From Meyerozyma guilliermondii (taxonomy: Eukaryota): a stretch of DNA of 64,000 bases. The stretch lies in the NCBI GenBank assembly GCA_051546255.1, contig CP128817.1, positions 868,001 through 932,000 of the forward strand. The letters run 5' to 3'. A program made the translations under genes and the position numbers. The first letter of the stretch is position 1. Every line of letters starts with the position of its first letter. The notes under the pieces were generated by a model, which was given only the letters and a program-made list of their open reading frames with translations, was not told the origin of the DNA and searched no databases. Positions 21,374-30,502 of the stretch are shown in pieces.

Positions 21374-23065
21374 TTAACCATCCAGATCGGTGCTCCGCGG
21401 ACCTAGCTGGGCAATCTCAATGTCGCTTTCGCTAGCCAGTTGCTTCTCTTTAATTTGGCTGAAAACCTCCAAATTCTTGACGATTTTTTCATCAGCAACT
21501 TCAGAGTCGAGAGCATTGAGGTACTCCCGAGGGATAATTAACGGCCAAACCCATTCGGCACAAATGGCAAAAAACATTAATACTCCAGGAAATCCCACGG
21601 CGCCTTTTGTCAAGGTGATTCCAAACTCGAAACCAAACGCTATTAGTTGCAAAATCAAGTAGATGTAGAAATACTTTTTGCTTGGAGTTTTGTCAATTTG
21701 GCGGAAAACTTCCGGGCAATTGGGATCGTTTTCGATGTAATCGTGGTCCATGAAAAGGTAGCGAATTCGGTTGGTGATAATATTGCCGTGAAGGCCAGTA
21801 ATACCCATGATGAAAAAAAGACCCGAAAGAACTGCCTGAGGAATAAGTCCTAATACCACCAAGAACGGTCGAGACATCATTGCAAACGTCATAATACCCT
21901 GAACTGTGTTGGTTATGCGCTGCTCAACCACCGACAATGCCTTTCCAGTACGGTGATCGTGAACCACTAGAGATTCGGTATGGAGAGGAGCCTGTGGAAT
22001 TAACCCATTCGGAGCAGGAAATCCCAAAATTCCAGCGATTCCAGTGGTGAGTCCCAATAATGCAAAGTCCCAGTGAAACGCCGACGGTTTTTTGAGGGGG
22101 TATTCCTTCAGTTGTGCCATCAATGACGAAACATTGTGGTCAAAGTAGAAGAGAAACGTGAGCAAAATAGCAAATGGAACAGCAAGAAACACATCTCCCA
22201 CGCTGATATTTTCCAGGGGCCAGAAATGAATAAACCAGCCGTGGGGTCTTGCTTCTCCCGATAAAGTTGGAGCAAAAGATTTGGTAATGGGTAATCTTGC
22301 GAGTTCTGTTTTCTCCAAAAATCCACCAAAGTGAATAAATCCGGTGAAAAAAATCACAGAAGCCGGAACCCCGTAGTCCACAAAAATCTTGCGCACAACT
22401 GGGTTAAAGTAGTGGAGCTGAGACCCGAATATGTGGCTTCCAACTCCACAGGCTACCATCAAAAGGGCAATCATTACCGAAGCGTAACCCGATGCCAAAT
22501 CGACATGATGGAATTGACCATTAAGAAGCTGGATAGCCTTTTGAATATACACCACGCAGATGAAGAACCCAAACACATCGCACGAGTACAGACTGATGAT
22601 TTTGAGGAAAGAAACCGAGTTGGTGAATGCAAGAATGAAGTGGAAAATCATCGACCATAAGTATATCCAGCACATAAATGGAAAATAAGGGGTTCCTCGC
22701 GGTCCAATGAGCTCGTACACGGTATAGCTAAAGATGGAGATGGGTCCGGTAACTCCAACTATACACAAAGGTTGACCGGAGAAAAGACCAAATGCGACTC
22801 CAGCAAACGCCAGACTCATCAACACTTCATTCACCCCATACGAGTTTTCTGTCTTGTCAAACATGTCCTGCGCAAACGCGATGGCGGGAAGAAGGTTTGT
22901 AAAGAATATGTAGGTTGTAGAAGGAACCACACGGTAATTCCAGGCATCAGTGAAATCGGACTTGTAGTATGGTAGTCGAGTTCTGACATCGTTGAGGACT
23001 CCGTAACCAACATATTTGAAGCTGCGGAGCCACAGAAGGCTAGGTACCCAATTTCGGGCGGGCAT
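21374..23065 (-). CDS. BOR1: Borate exporter Bor1, copy 9
   Basis: Translation identical to copy 1. Confidence 0.95.
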   Translation of the reverse strand: MPARNWVPSLLWLRSFKYVGYGVLNDVRTRLPYYKSDFTDAWNYRVVPSTTYIFFTNLLPAIAFAQDMFDKTENSYGVNEVLMSLAFAGVAFGLFSGQPLCIVGVTGPISIFSYTVYELIGPRGTPYFPFMCWIYLWSMIFHFILAFTNSVSFLKIISLYSCDVFGFFICVVYIQKAIQLLNGQFHHVDLASGYASVMIALLMVACGVGSHIFGSQLHYFNPVVRKIFVDYGVPASVIFFTGFIHFGGFLEKTELARLPITKSFAPTLSGEARPHGWFIHFWPLENISVGDVFLAVPFAILLTFLFYFDHNVSSLMAQLKEYPLKKPSAFHWDFALLGLTTGIAGILGFPAPNGLIPQAPLHTESLVVHDHRTGKALSVVEQRITNTVQGIMTFAMMSRPFLVVLGLIPQAVLSGLFFIMGITGLHGNIITNRIRYLFMDHDYIENDPNCPEVFRQIDKTPSKKYFYIYLILQLIAFGFEFGITLTKGAVGFPGVLMFFAICAEWVWPLIIPREYLNALDSEVADEKIVKNLEVFSQIKEKQLASESDIEIAQLGPRSTDLDG

Positions 23066-23316
23066 TAACAAAAGAAAATTGTTTTTGAAGGGGAGAAACT
23101 ATTAGCAAATAAGTGGGTTAAGTGAGAATTGACTGCTAAATCCGGCACCTAACTCCGATTAGATGGTGCGGCGATTGATTTTAGACCACGAGGTGGAAAA
23201 TTTACGAGGTTCTTTTACCGGTAATTTACGAGTATATGGGACTTAAGGGAGTTATTCTACCTAGAATAGCTTCGTCATATATATAGCTTAGCACTCCACT
23301 ATGGAAATAGACACCA

Positions 23317-25008
23317 TTAACCATCCAGATCGGTGCTCCGCGGACCTAGCTGGGCAATCTCAATGTCGCTTTCGCTAGCCAGTTGCTTCTCTTTAATTTG
23401 GCTGAAAACCTCCAAATTCTTGACGATTTTTTCATCAGCAACTTCAGAGTCGAGAGCATTGAGGTACTCCCGAGGGATAATTAACGGCCAAACCCATTCG
23501 GCACAAATGGCAAAAAACATTAATACTCCAGGAAATCCCACGGCGCCTTTTGTCAAGGTGATTCCAAACTCGAAACCAAACGCTATTAGTTGCAAAATCA
23601 AGTAGATGTAGAAATACTTTTTGCTTGGAGTTTTGTCAATTTGGCGGAAAACTTCCGGGCAATTGGGATCGTTTTCGATGTAATCGTGGTCCATGAAAAG
23701 GTAGCGAATTCGGTTGGTGATAATATTGCCGTGAAGGCCAGTAATACCCATGATGAAAAAAAGACCCGAAAGAACTGCCTGAGGAATAAGTCCTAATACC
23801 ACCAAGAACGGTCGAGACATCATTGCAAACGTCATAATACCCTGAACTGTGTTGGTTATGCGCTGCTCAACCACCGACAATGCCTTTCCAGTACGGTGAT
23901 CGTGAACCACTAGAGATTCGGTATGGAGAGGAGCCTGTGGAATTAACCCATTCGGAGCAGGAAATCCCAAAATTCCAGCGATTCCAGTGGTGAGTCCCAA
24001 TAATGCAAAGTCCCAGTGAAACGCCGACGGTTTTTTGAGGGGGTATTCCTTCAGTTGTGCCATCAATGACGAAACATTGTGGTCAAAGTAGAAGAGAAAC
24101 GTGAGCAAAATAGCAAATGGAACAGCAAGAAACACATCTCCCACGCTGATATTTTCCAGGGGCCAGAAATGAATAAACCAGCCGTGGGGTCTTGCTTCTC
24201 CCGATAAAGTTGGAGCAAAAGATTTGGTAATGGGTAATCTTGCGAGTTCTGTTTTCTCCAAAAATCCACCAAAGTGAATAAATCCGGTGAAAAAAATCAC
24301 AGAAGCCGGAACCCCGTAGTCCACAAAAATCTTGCGCACAACTGGGTTAAAGTAGTGGAGCTGAGACCCGAATATGTGGCTTCCAACTCCACAGGCTACC
24401 ATCAAAAGGGCAATCATTACCGAAGCGTAACCCGATGCCAAATCGACATGATGGAATTGACCATTAAGAAGCTGGATAGCCTTTTGAATATACACCACGC
24501 AGATGAAGAACCCAAACACATCGCACGAGTACAGACTGATGATTTTGAGGAAAGAAACCGAGTTGGTGAATGCAAGAATGAAGTGGAAAATCATCGACCA
24601 TAAGTATATCCAGCACATAAATGGAAAATAAGGGGTTCCTCGCGGTCCAATGAGCTCGTACACGGTATAGCTAAAGATGGAGATGGGTCCGGTAACTCCA
24701 ACTATACACAAAGGTTGACCGGAGAAAAGACCAAATGCGACTCCAGCAAACGCCAGACTCATCAACACTTCATTCACCCCATACGAGTTTTCTGTCTTGT
24801 CAAACATGTCCTGCGCAAACGCGATGGCGGGAAGAAGGTTTGTAAAGAATATGTAGGTTGTAGAAGGAACCACACGGTAATTCCAGGCATCAGTGAAATC
24901 GGACTTGTAGTATGGTAGTCGAGTTCTGACATCGTTGAGGACTCCGTAACCAACATATTTGAAGCTGCGGAGCCACAGAAGGCTAGGTACCCAATTTCGG
25001 GCGGGCAT
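23317..25008 (-). CDS. BOR1: Borate exporter Bor1, copy 10
   Basis: Translation identical to copy 1. Confidence 0.95.
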   Translation of the reverse strand: MPARNWVPSLLWLRSFKYVGYGVLNDVRTRLPYYKSDFTDAWNYRVVPSTTYIFFTNLLPAIAFAQDMFDKTENSYGVNEVLMSLAFAGVAFGLFSGQPLCIVGVTGPISIFSYTVYELIGPRGTPYFPFMCWIYLWSMIFHFILAFTNSVSFLKIISLYSCDVFGFFICVVYIQKAIQLLNGQFHHVDLASGYASVMIALLMVACGVGSHIFGSQLHYFNPVVRKIFVDYGVPASVIFFTGFIHFGGFLEKTELARLPITKSFAPTLSGEARPHGWFIHFWPLENISVGDVFLAVPFAILLTFLFYFDHNVSSLMAQLKEYPLKKPSAFHWDFALLGLTTGIAGILGFPAPNGLIPQAPLHTESLVVHDHRTGKALSVVEQRITNTVQGIMTFAMMSRPFLVVLGLIPQAVLSGLFFIMGITGLHGNIITNRIRYLFMDHDYIENDPNCPEVFRQIDKTPSKKYFYIYLILQLIAFGFEFGITLTKGAVGFPGVLMFFAICAEWVWPLIIPREYLNALDSEVADEKIVKNLEVFSQIKEKQLASESDIEIAQLGPRSTDLDG

Positions 25009-25259
25009 TAACAAAAGAAAATTGTTTTTGAAGGGGAGAAACTATTAGCAAATAAGTGGGTTAAGTGAGAATTGACTGCTAAATCCGGCACCTAACTCCG
25101 ATTAGATGGTGCGGCGATTGATTTTAGACCACGAGGTGGAAAATTTACGAGGTTCTTTTACCGGTAATTTACGAGTATATGGGACTTAAGGGAGTTATTC
25201 TACCTAGAATAGCTTCGTCATATATATAGCTTAGCACTCCACTATGGAAATAGACACCA

Positions 25260-26951
25260 TTAACCATCCAGATCGGTGCTCCGCGGACCTAGCTGGGCAA
25301 TCTCAATGTCGCTTTCGCTAGCCAGTTGCTTCTCTTTAATTTGGCTGAAAACCTCCAAATTCTTGACGATTTTTTCATCAGCAACTTCAGAGTCGAGAGC
25401 ATTGAGGTACTCCCGAGGGATAATTAACGGCCAAACCCATTCGGCACAAATGGCAAAAAACATTAATACTCCAGGAAATCCCACGGCGCCTTTTGTCAAG
25501 GTGATTCCAAACTCGAAACCAAACGCTATTAGTTGCAAAATCAAGTAGATGTAGAAATACTTTTTGCTTGGAGTTTTGTCAATTTGGCGGAAAACTTCCG
25601 GGCAATTGGGATCGTTTTCGATGTAATCGTGGTCCATGAAAAGGTAGCGAATTCGGTTGGTGATAATATTGCCGTGAAGGCCAGTAATACCCATGATGAA
25701 AAAAAGACCCGAAAGAACTGCCTGAGGAATAAGTCCTAATACCACCAAGAACGGTCGAGACATCATTGCAAACGTCATAATACCCTGAACTGTGTTGGTT
25801 ATGCGCTGCTCAACCACCGACAATGCCTTTCCAGTACGGTGATCGTGAACCACTAGAGATTCGGTATGGAGAGGAGCCTGTGGAATTAACCCATTCGGAG
25901 CAGGAAATCCCAAAATTCCAGCGATTCCAGTGGTGAGTCCCAATAATGCAAAGTCCCAGTGAAACGCCGACGGTTTTTTGAGGGGGTATTCCTTCAGTTG
26001 TGCCATCAATGACGAAACATTGTGGTCAAAGTAGAAGAGAAACGTGAGCAAAATAGCAAATGGAACAGCAAGAAACACATCTCCCACGCTGATATTTTCC
26101 AGGGGCCAGAAATGAATAAACCAGCCGTGGGGTCTTGCTTCTCCCGATAAAGTTGGAGCAAAAGATTTGGTAATGGGTAATCTTGCGAGTTCTGTTTTCT
26201 CCAAAAATCCACCAAAGTGAATAAATCCGGTGAAAAAAATCACAGAAGCCGGAACCCCGTAGTCCACAAAAATCTTGCGCACAACTGGGTTAAAGTAGTG
26301 GAGCTGAGACCCGAATATGTGGCTTCCAACTCCACAGGCTACCATCAAAAGGGCAATCATTACCGAAGCGTAACCCGATGCCAAATCGACATGATGGAAT
26401 TGACCATTAAGAAGCTGGATAGCCTTTTGAATATACACCACGCAGATGAAGAACCCAAACACATCGCACGAGTACAGACTGATGATTTTGAGGAAAGAAA
26501 CCGAGTTGGTGAATGCAAGAATGAAGTGGAAAATCATCGACCATAAGTATATCCAGCACATAAATGGAAAATAAGGGGTTCCTCGCGGTCCAATGAGCTC
26601 GTACACGGTATAGCTAAAGATGGAGATGGGTCCGGTAACTCCAACTATACACAAAGGTTGACCGGAGAAAAGACCAAATGCGACTCCAGCAAACGCCAGA
26701 CTCATCAACACTTCATTCACCCCATACGAGTTTTCTGTCTTGTCAAACATGTCCTGCGCAAACGCGATGGCGGGAAGAAGGTTTGTAAAGAATATGTAGG
26801 TTGTAGAAGGAACCACACGGTAATTCCAGGCATCAGTGAAATCGGACTTGTAGTATGGTAGTCGAGTTCTGACATCGTTGAGGACTCCGTAACCAACATA
26901 TTTGAAGCTGCGGAGCCACAGAAGGCTAGGTACCCAATTTCGGGCGGGCAT
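25260..26951 (-). CDS. BOR1: Borate exporter Bor1, copy 11 (the only copy with native upstream context)
   Basis: Translation identical to copy 1; followed by unique sequence from 27139. Confidence 0.95.
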   Translation of the reverse strand: MPARNWVPSLLWLRSFKYVGYGVLNDVRTRLPYYKSDFTDAWNYRVVPSTTYIFFTNLLPAIAFAQDMFDKTENSYGVNEVLMSLAFAGVAFGLFSGQPLCIVGVTGPISIFSYTVYELIGPRGTPYFPFMCWIYLWSMIFHFILAFTNSVSFLKIISLYSCDVFGFFICVVYIQKAIQLLNGQFHHVDLASGYASVMIALLMVACGVGSHIFGSQLHYFNPVVRKIFVDYGVPASVIFFTGFIHFGGFLEKTELARLPITKSFAPTLSGEARPHGWFIHFWPLENISVGDVFLAVPFAILLTFLFYFDHNVSSLMAQLKEYPLKKPSAFHWDFALLGLTTGIAGILGFPAPNGLIPQAPLHTESLVVHDHRTGKALSVVEQRITNTVQGIMTFAMMSRPFLVVLGLIPQAVLSGLFFIMGITGLHGNIITNRIRYLFMDHDYIENDPNCPEVFRQIDKTPSKKYFYIYLILQLIAFGFEFGITLTKGAVGFPGVLMFFAICAEWVWPLIIPREYLNALDSEVADEKIVKNLEVFSQIKEKQLASESDIEIAQLGPRSTDLDG

Positions 26952-27159
26952 TAACAAAAGAAAATTGTTTTTGAAGGGGAGAAACTATTAGCAAATAAGT
27001 GGGTTAAGTGAGAATTGACTGCTAAATCCGGCACCTAACTCCGATTAGATGGTGCGGCGATTGATTTTAGACCACGAGGTGGAAAATTTACGAGGTTCTT
27101 TTACCGGTAATTTACGAGTATATGGGACTTAAGGGAGTGTTACTAATGCTGCAAAGTTC
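26952..27159. promoter_or_regulatory. Short divergent promoter shared by BOR1 and the Taspase-like gene; 187 of its 208 bp are in every repeat unit
   Basis: Only 208 bp separate the divergent ATGs at 26951 (-) and 27160 (+). Confidence 0.7.
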
Positions 27160-28212
27160 ATGTTGGTGGTTCATATAGGCGCAGGAAATCATCTGAGGTC
27201 GCGTGACTCCGAGTACAAAAAAATATTGCAAAATGCACTTCGTTCAAAATCATACAATGCGGCTGCAATTGCCCTAGAAGAGCCCTCGCTCACCAACACG
27301 GGTTGTGGGTCCAGCCTTAACATGGATGGCAAAGTAGAGTGTGACGCGAGCATTATTCGGGCAAATATTAACGAAAACAAAATTGAAGTCAGAGTCGCTG
27401 CTCACAATATTCAACATAAAACACCAACATTGGCACTTTTGAATGGTTTGGATGCTCTCACAAGAGAATATAGTGCCAGGTACGGACTCTGGGGACTCTC
27501 AGCTCCTGTGGTTTTTGATTATGGTGCCATTGCATTGAGATTTGGGTCGAAAACTCACTCTCAAAATGAGTTGGTTGACGGCCTGAAAAGGAAGGTGTTT
27601 GAGTTGTACAGGGAACGAATGGAGAAGAAAGGCGAAGACACTAAAGTCCGGAAAAATCTTCAGGAAAATGTTCAGGATTCTGTTCAGGATTCTGTTCAGG
27701 TTCCCGTTCAGTCCGTTCAAGACACAGTTGGGCTTATTCACTTAACCGAAGAAATCCTTACTGTCCTGTCTTCATCTGGTGGAAACTTTTTCAAATTACC
27801 AGGACGAATTGGTTGTGCTGGTATTGTAGGAGCCGCAACAGCTGTGAGATTTTTTGGTCTGTGGTGCATTAGTTGTCTTTGCAGTGGAAACGGAGATGAT
27901 ATTATACAAATGAACTTGGCAGCTACAATAGCTGGTCGCTTTGAAGATCCTGATACTTTTGGATTTCTGCTTGTTTCATATATTAAAGAAGCAGCAATTT
28001 CGTTACCATTACAGGCACAAGATATCCATGGAGATAATATCATTTATGTGGGAGTATTGTGTGTGCTACGCAACATATCCACAGGAGAAACCAGATTGGC
28101 TTACTGTCATAGTACAGAGTCATTTTACTTTGGGTATATGAAAGATAAACCACATACGGTACTTAGTCGCAGCCGTGCGGGAGTGTTTGTGCAAGGCGAG
28201 TACAGAATATAA
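27160..28212 (+). CDS. Taspase1-like threonine aspartase (asparaginase_2 family, Ntn hydrolase)
   Basis: VVHIGAG N-terminus, LTNTGCGSSLNMDGKVECDASI, autocleavage QD/TVG, and SSSGG..FKLPGRIGCAGIVGA. Confidence 0.85.
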   Translation: MLVVHIGAGNHLRSRDSEYKKILQNALRSKSYNAAAIALEEPSLTNTGCGSSLNMDGKVECDASIIRANINENKIEVRVAAHNIQHKTPTLALLNGLDALTREYSARYGLWGLSAPVVFDYGAIALRFGSKTHSQNELVDGLKRKVFELYRERMEKKGEDTKVRKNLQENVQDSVQDSVQVPVQSVQDTVGLIHLTEEILTVLSSSGGNFFKLPGRIGCAGIVGAATAVRFFGLWCISCLCSGNGDDIIQMNLAATIAGRFEDPDTFGFLLVSYIKEAAISLPLQAQDIHGDNIIYVGVLCVLRNISTGETRLAYCHSTESFYFGYMKDKPHTVLSRSRAGVFVQGEYRI

Positions 28213-28228
28213 AAGCAGATCTACGAAG

Positions 28229-28281
28229 ATAATGAAAAATAATGAAGAATAATGAGGAATAATGAAGAAATATGAAGAAGT
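28229..28281 (+). repeat. Degenerate 9-10 bp low-complexity tandem repeat (AATAATGAAG-like)
   Basis: ataatgaaaaataatgaagaataatgaggaataatgaagaaatatgaagaag. Confidence 0.6.
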
Positions 28282-28477
28282 TGAAGTAAGAAAGAAGTTG
28301 CAAATTTGTCGTTGGAGAATTATGAGTGTTCGTAAAATTGGCTACAATCGTAGAAAGGTATATCAGTAGCAAGACAGAATCTAGTTCATTTAATGGAAAA
28401 GACCAAACTCATCTATTGAACACTTCCTTCTTTTTTTTCTTCTCTACACCATCCAATTACATTGTAATTTATTCCTA

Positions 28478-28948
28478 TTAACGGGAGGTAGCGTGCACCT
28501 TTTGGAAAGCACCCTTGGCTTGTTGCTTGGAAAACTTGGACTGAGCTCCGGCAGCAGCAGACTTGGCCTTCTCAGCCTTTCTACTGGCCTTAGCAGCCTT
28601 CTTGGCTTCCTTGTCCTTAGCCAACTTGAGGTCTCTGGCATGCTTTCTGTCTTGAGGTTTTTGCGATCTTCTCTCCTTAATCAAATCCAATGAAGCTCCG
28701 ACAATGGCTCTTTGGTGCTTGACGGTTCTTCTGTTCTTTCTCTTGGTGGTTTCCTCAGAAATACCCTTCTTGTGTTGTCTTCTGTACAATACAGTCCAAG
28801 CAATTCTTCTTGGGTTCTTTCTTTGGTGGAATAAAGAGGCAGATTTCGATGACGAGAATCTGAACACCTTGGAGTCACCTCTGACAAACAAGGTACCTCT
28901 ACCTGGGTAGATCTTGTTACCGGAAAACGAATCGATTTCAACCTTCAT
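28478..28948 (-). CDS. RPL24: 60S ribosomal protein L24 (eL24)
   Basis: MKVEIDSFSGNKIYPGRGTLFVRGDSK...RKNPRRIAWTVLYR. Confidence 0.97.
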   Translation of the reverse strand: MKVEIDSFSGNKIYPGRGTLFVRGDSKVFRFSSSKSASLFHQRKNPRRIAWTVLYRRQHKKGISEETTKRKNRRTVKHQRAIVGASLDLIKERRSQKPQDRKHARDLKLAKDKEAKKAAKASRKAEKAKSAAAGAQSKFSKQQAKGAFQKVHATSR

Positions 28949-29053
28949 TTGTTCTTTCAGTAAAAATTTTACCCGACTTGAACCAAATTTTCAGCGAGCA
29001 CCAAAGTGACACAAAAACTCGGGGTTGTGTTAGGTAAGCGCCCACCAACTATC

Positions 29054-29074
29054 CAGGGTTATACCCTGCACGTG
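29054..29074. promoter_or_regulatory. Tbf1-like inverted repeat plus CACGTG (Cbf1-like) in the RPL24/RPL30 divergent promoter
   Basis: CAGGGT-TAT-ACCCTG (29054-29068) immediately followed by CACGTG (29069-29074). Confidence 0.55.
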
Positions 29075-29142
29075 CGTGATTCCGCTCCTGCGTGAGCACC
29101 ACTAAACATTTCTCTGAAAATTTCGCATACCTCATTGCAACG

Positions 29143-29168
29143 ACCGGAGTGAATAACACAGAGATGGT
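29143..29168 (+). promoter_or_regulatory. L30-binding kink-turn RNA element (RPL30 splicing/translation autoregulation)
   Basis: ACCGGAGTG-AATAA-CAC-AGAGATGGT spans the ATG and 5' splice site and matches both strands of the S. cerevisiae element (ACCGGAGUG...CGCAGAGAUGGU). Confidence 0.85.
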
Positions 29169-29529
29169 AAGTAGTTGAAAAAATGGAGGCTTTTGGCTTA
29201 TACTAATGCAGGCCCCTAAATCTAAGAACCAAGAAAACATCAACGCCAAGTTGGGTTTGGTGATCAAATCCGGTAAATACACCTTGGGTTACAAGTCGGT
29301 TGTCAAGTCCTTGAGAACCGGAAAGGCCAAGTTGGTTATCATTGCTGGAAACACCCCAGTGTTGAGAAAGTCGGAATTGGAGTACTACGCCATGTTGTCT
29401 AAGACTCAAGTGTACTACTTCCAAGGTGGTAACAACGAATTGGGTACCGTTTGTGGTAAGTTGTTCAGAGTCGGTACCATGTCCATTTTGGATGCTGGTG
29501 ACTCCGACATCTTGTCCTCCATCAACTAG
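29164..29529 (+). CDS. RPL30: 60S ribosomal protein L30 (eL30); join(29164..29166,29212..29529)
   Basis: ATG|GTAAGT donor, TACTAAT branch (29201) and CAG acceptor (29211), giving a 45-nt intron. Spliced product [29 protein letters not shown]. Confidence 0.96.
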
Positions 29530-29636
29530 TGTGTATTAATAGATATTATAGTTGGAAGGTGTAGTCTACCAACTCCTTGCGGAGTTGGTAGCTCTGGTCG
29601 TTTAGTCACTTGTTCATTCACTCTTCCCTTCACTCC

Positions 29637-30383
29637 TCACTCCCTCCTCACAAACTCTTGCGTGAGCTGTTGCTCCAACTTTTCAATCGCTTCCTCCTCG
29701 TTGCGTATCAACTCGTCTATATCGATCTCATCGCTGGTGTTCTGCTGCTCCAAAGTCCCACTATTATATGCCTTCAACCGTCGCCTTTGCTCGTCAATTG
29801 TGGCTCGATACTGCCGCATTCCCGTACTGAGCTCCTCGTACTCTCGGCTATACTCGCTGATTTTCTCCATCACGTCGTTCTCATCCAAATGTGGATATTT
29901 TTCAACCAACTCCACCACCATTGAGCACAACCTGTCCACTGGTGCATCTTCTCCACACGCGGAAAAAATCCACCTTTCTGTCTGTGAGTTGTGCTCGGGC
30001 TCACTCCCTGTCTCGGGGTACGACGACACATCTGGAACTCTTACTGCGGTTCTTTTACCTTCATTGGTGGTTTTGATCTGAGTATATTCGTTGAAACTTT
30101 TGTCCACAAACAACGACTTTCCATCCTTTCTCTCTGGGAGAACCTCCATGAGTGCTGCTTCCGAATCGTCGTCGTTGACATCATTTGAGCTGCTAAAAAC
30201 GGGATTTTTGCGATGTATTTTGTACAACGCGTATTCTTCAGGTGCCGAATCTTTTAGTAAACGTGTAATTGGAGCACCACGATTAAATGCATTTGTAAAT
30301 ATGCCTGTGCGCTTGAACTGGAGCAGGTTTAGGGACTCGCACAGGCCTCTTGTGCGTTCCAAAAAGTAGTCTAATGAAGGCAT
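29637..30383 (-). CDS. SPC34: DASH/Dam1 complex subunit Spc34
   Basis: From ATG 30383, MPSLDYFLER...LQFKRTGIFTNAF...ITRLLKD, then a C-terminal coiled coil. Adjacent to KAE1 as in S. cerevisiae. Confidence 0.8.
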   Translation of the reverse strand: MPSLDYFLERTRGLCESLNLLQFKRTGIFTNAFNRGAPITRLLKDSAPEEYALYKIHRKNPVFSSSNDVNDDDSEAALMEVLPERKDGKSLFVDKSFNEYTQIKTTNEGKRTAVRVPDVSSYPETGSEPEHNSQTERWIFSACGEDAPVDRLCSMVVELVEKYPHLDENDVMEKISEYSREYEELSTGMRQYRATIDEQRRRLKAYNSGTLEQQNTSDEIDIDELIRNEEEAIEKLEQQLTQEFVRRE

Positions 30384-30502
30384 AAGTTGTGTAAACAGAG
30401 CAGTCGCGATAAGTGTCGGTGTGCGGGTGCGCACAAATTATTGATTCATTCAATTCGCATTAATTATATTCGCATCTCATTCATTTTCTGTCTCATCTGC
30501 TT

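Larger units (their letters stand above)
5766..27138. repeat. Tandem gene array: 11 head-to-tail copies of a 1943-bp unit containing BOR1
   Basis: Each unit starts TATTCTACCTAG (5766) and ends GGACTTAAGGGAGT (7708). The internal junction AAGGGAGT|TATTCTACC recurs every 1943 bp and the last unit ends at 27138. All ORF-track translations, including spurious alternative-frame ORFs, are identical in all 11 copies. Confidence 0.98.

Noticed and set aside
5766..27138. Array as a transposon, rDNA, CRISPR or engineered multicopy cassette
   Set aside because: No LTR/TIR, target-site duplication, transposase, rRNA, spacer variation, marker or vector sequence. The unit is purely native BOR1 locus DNA continuous with both flanks.
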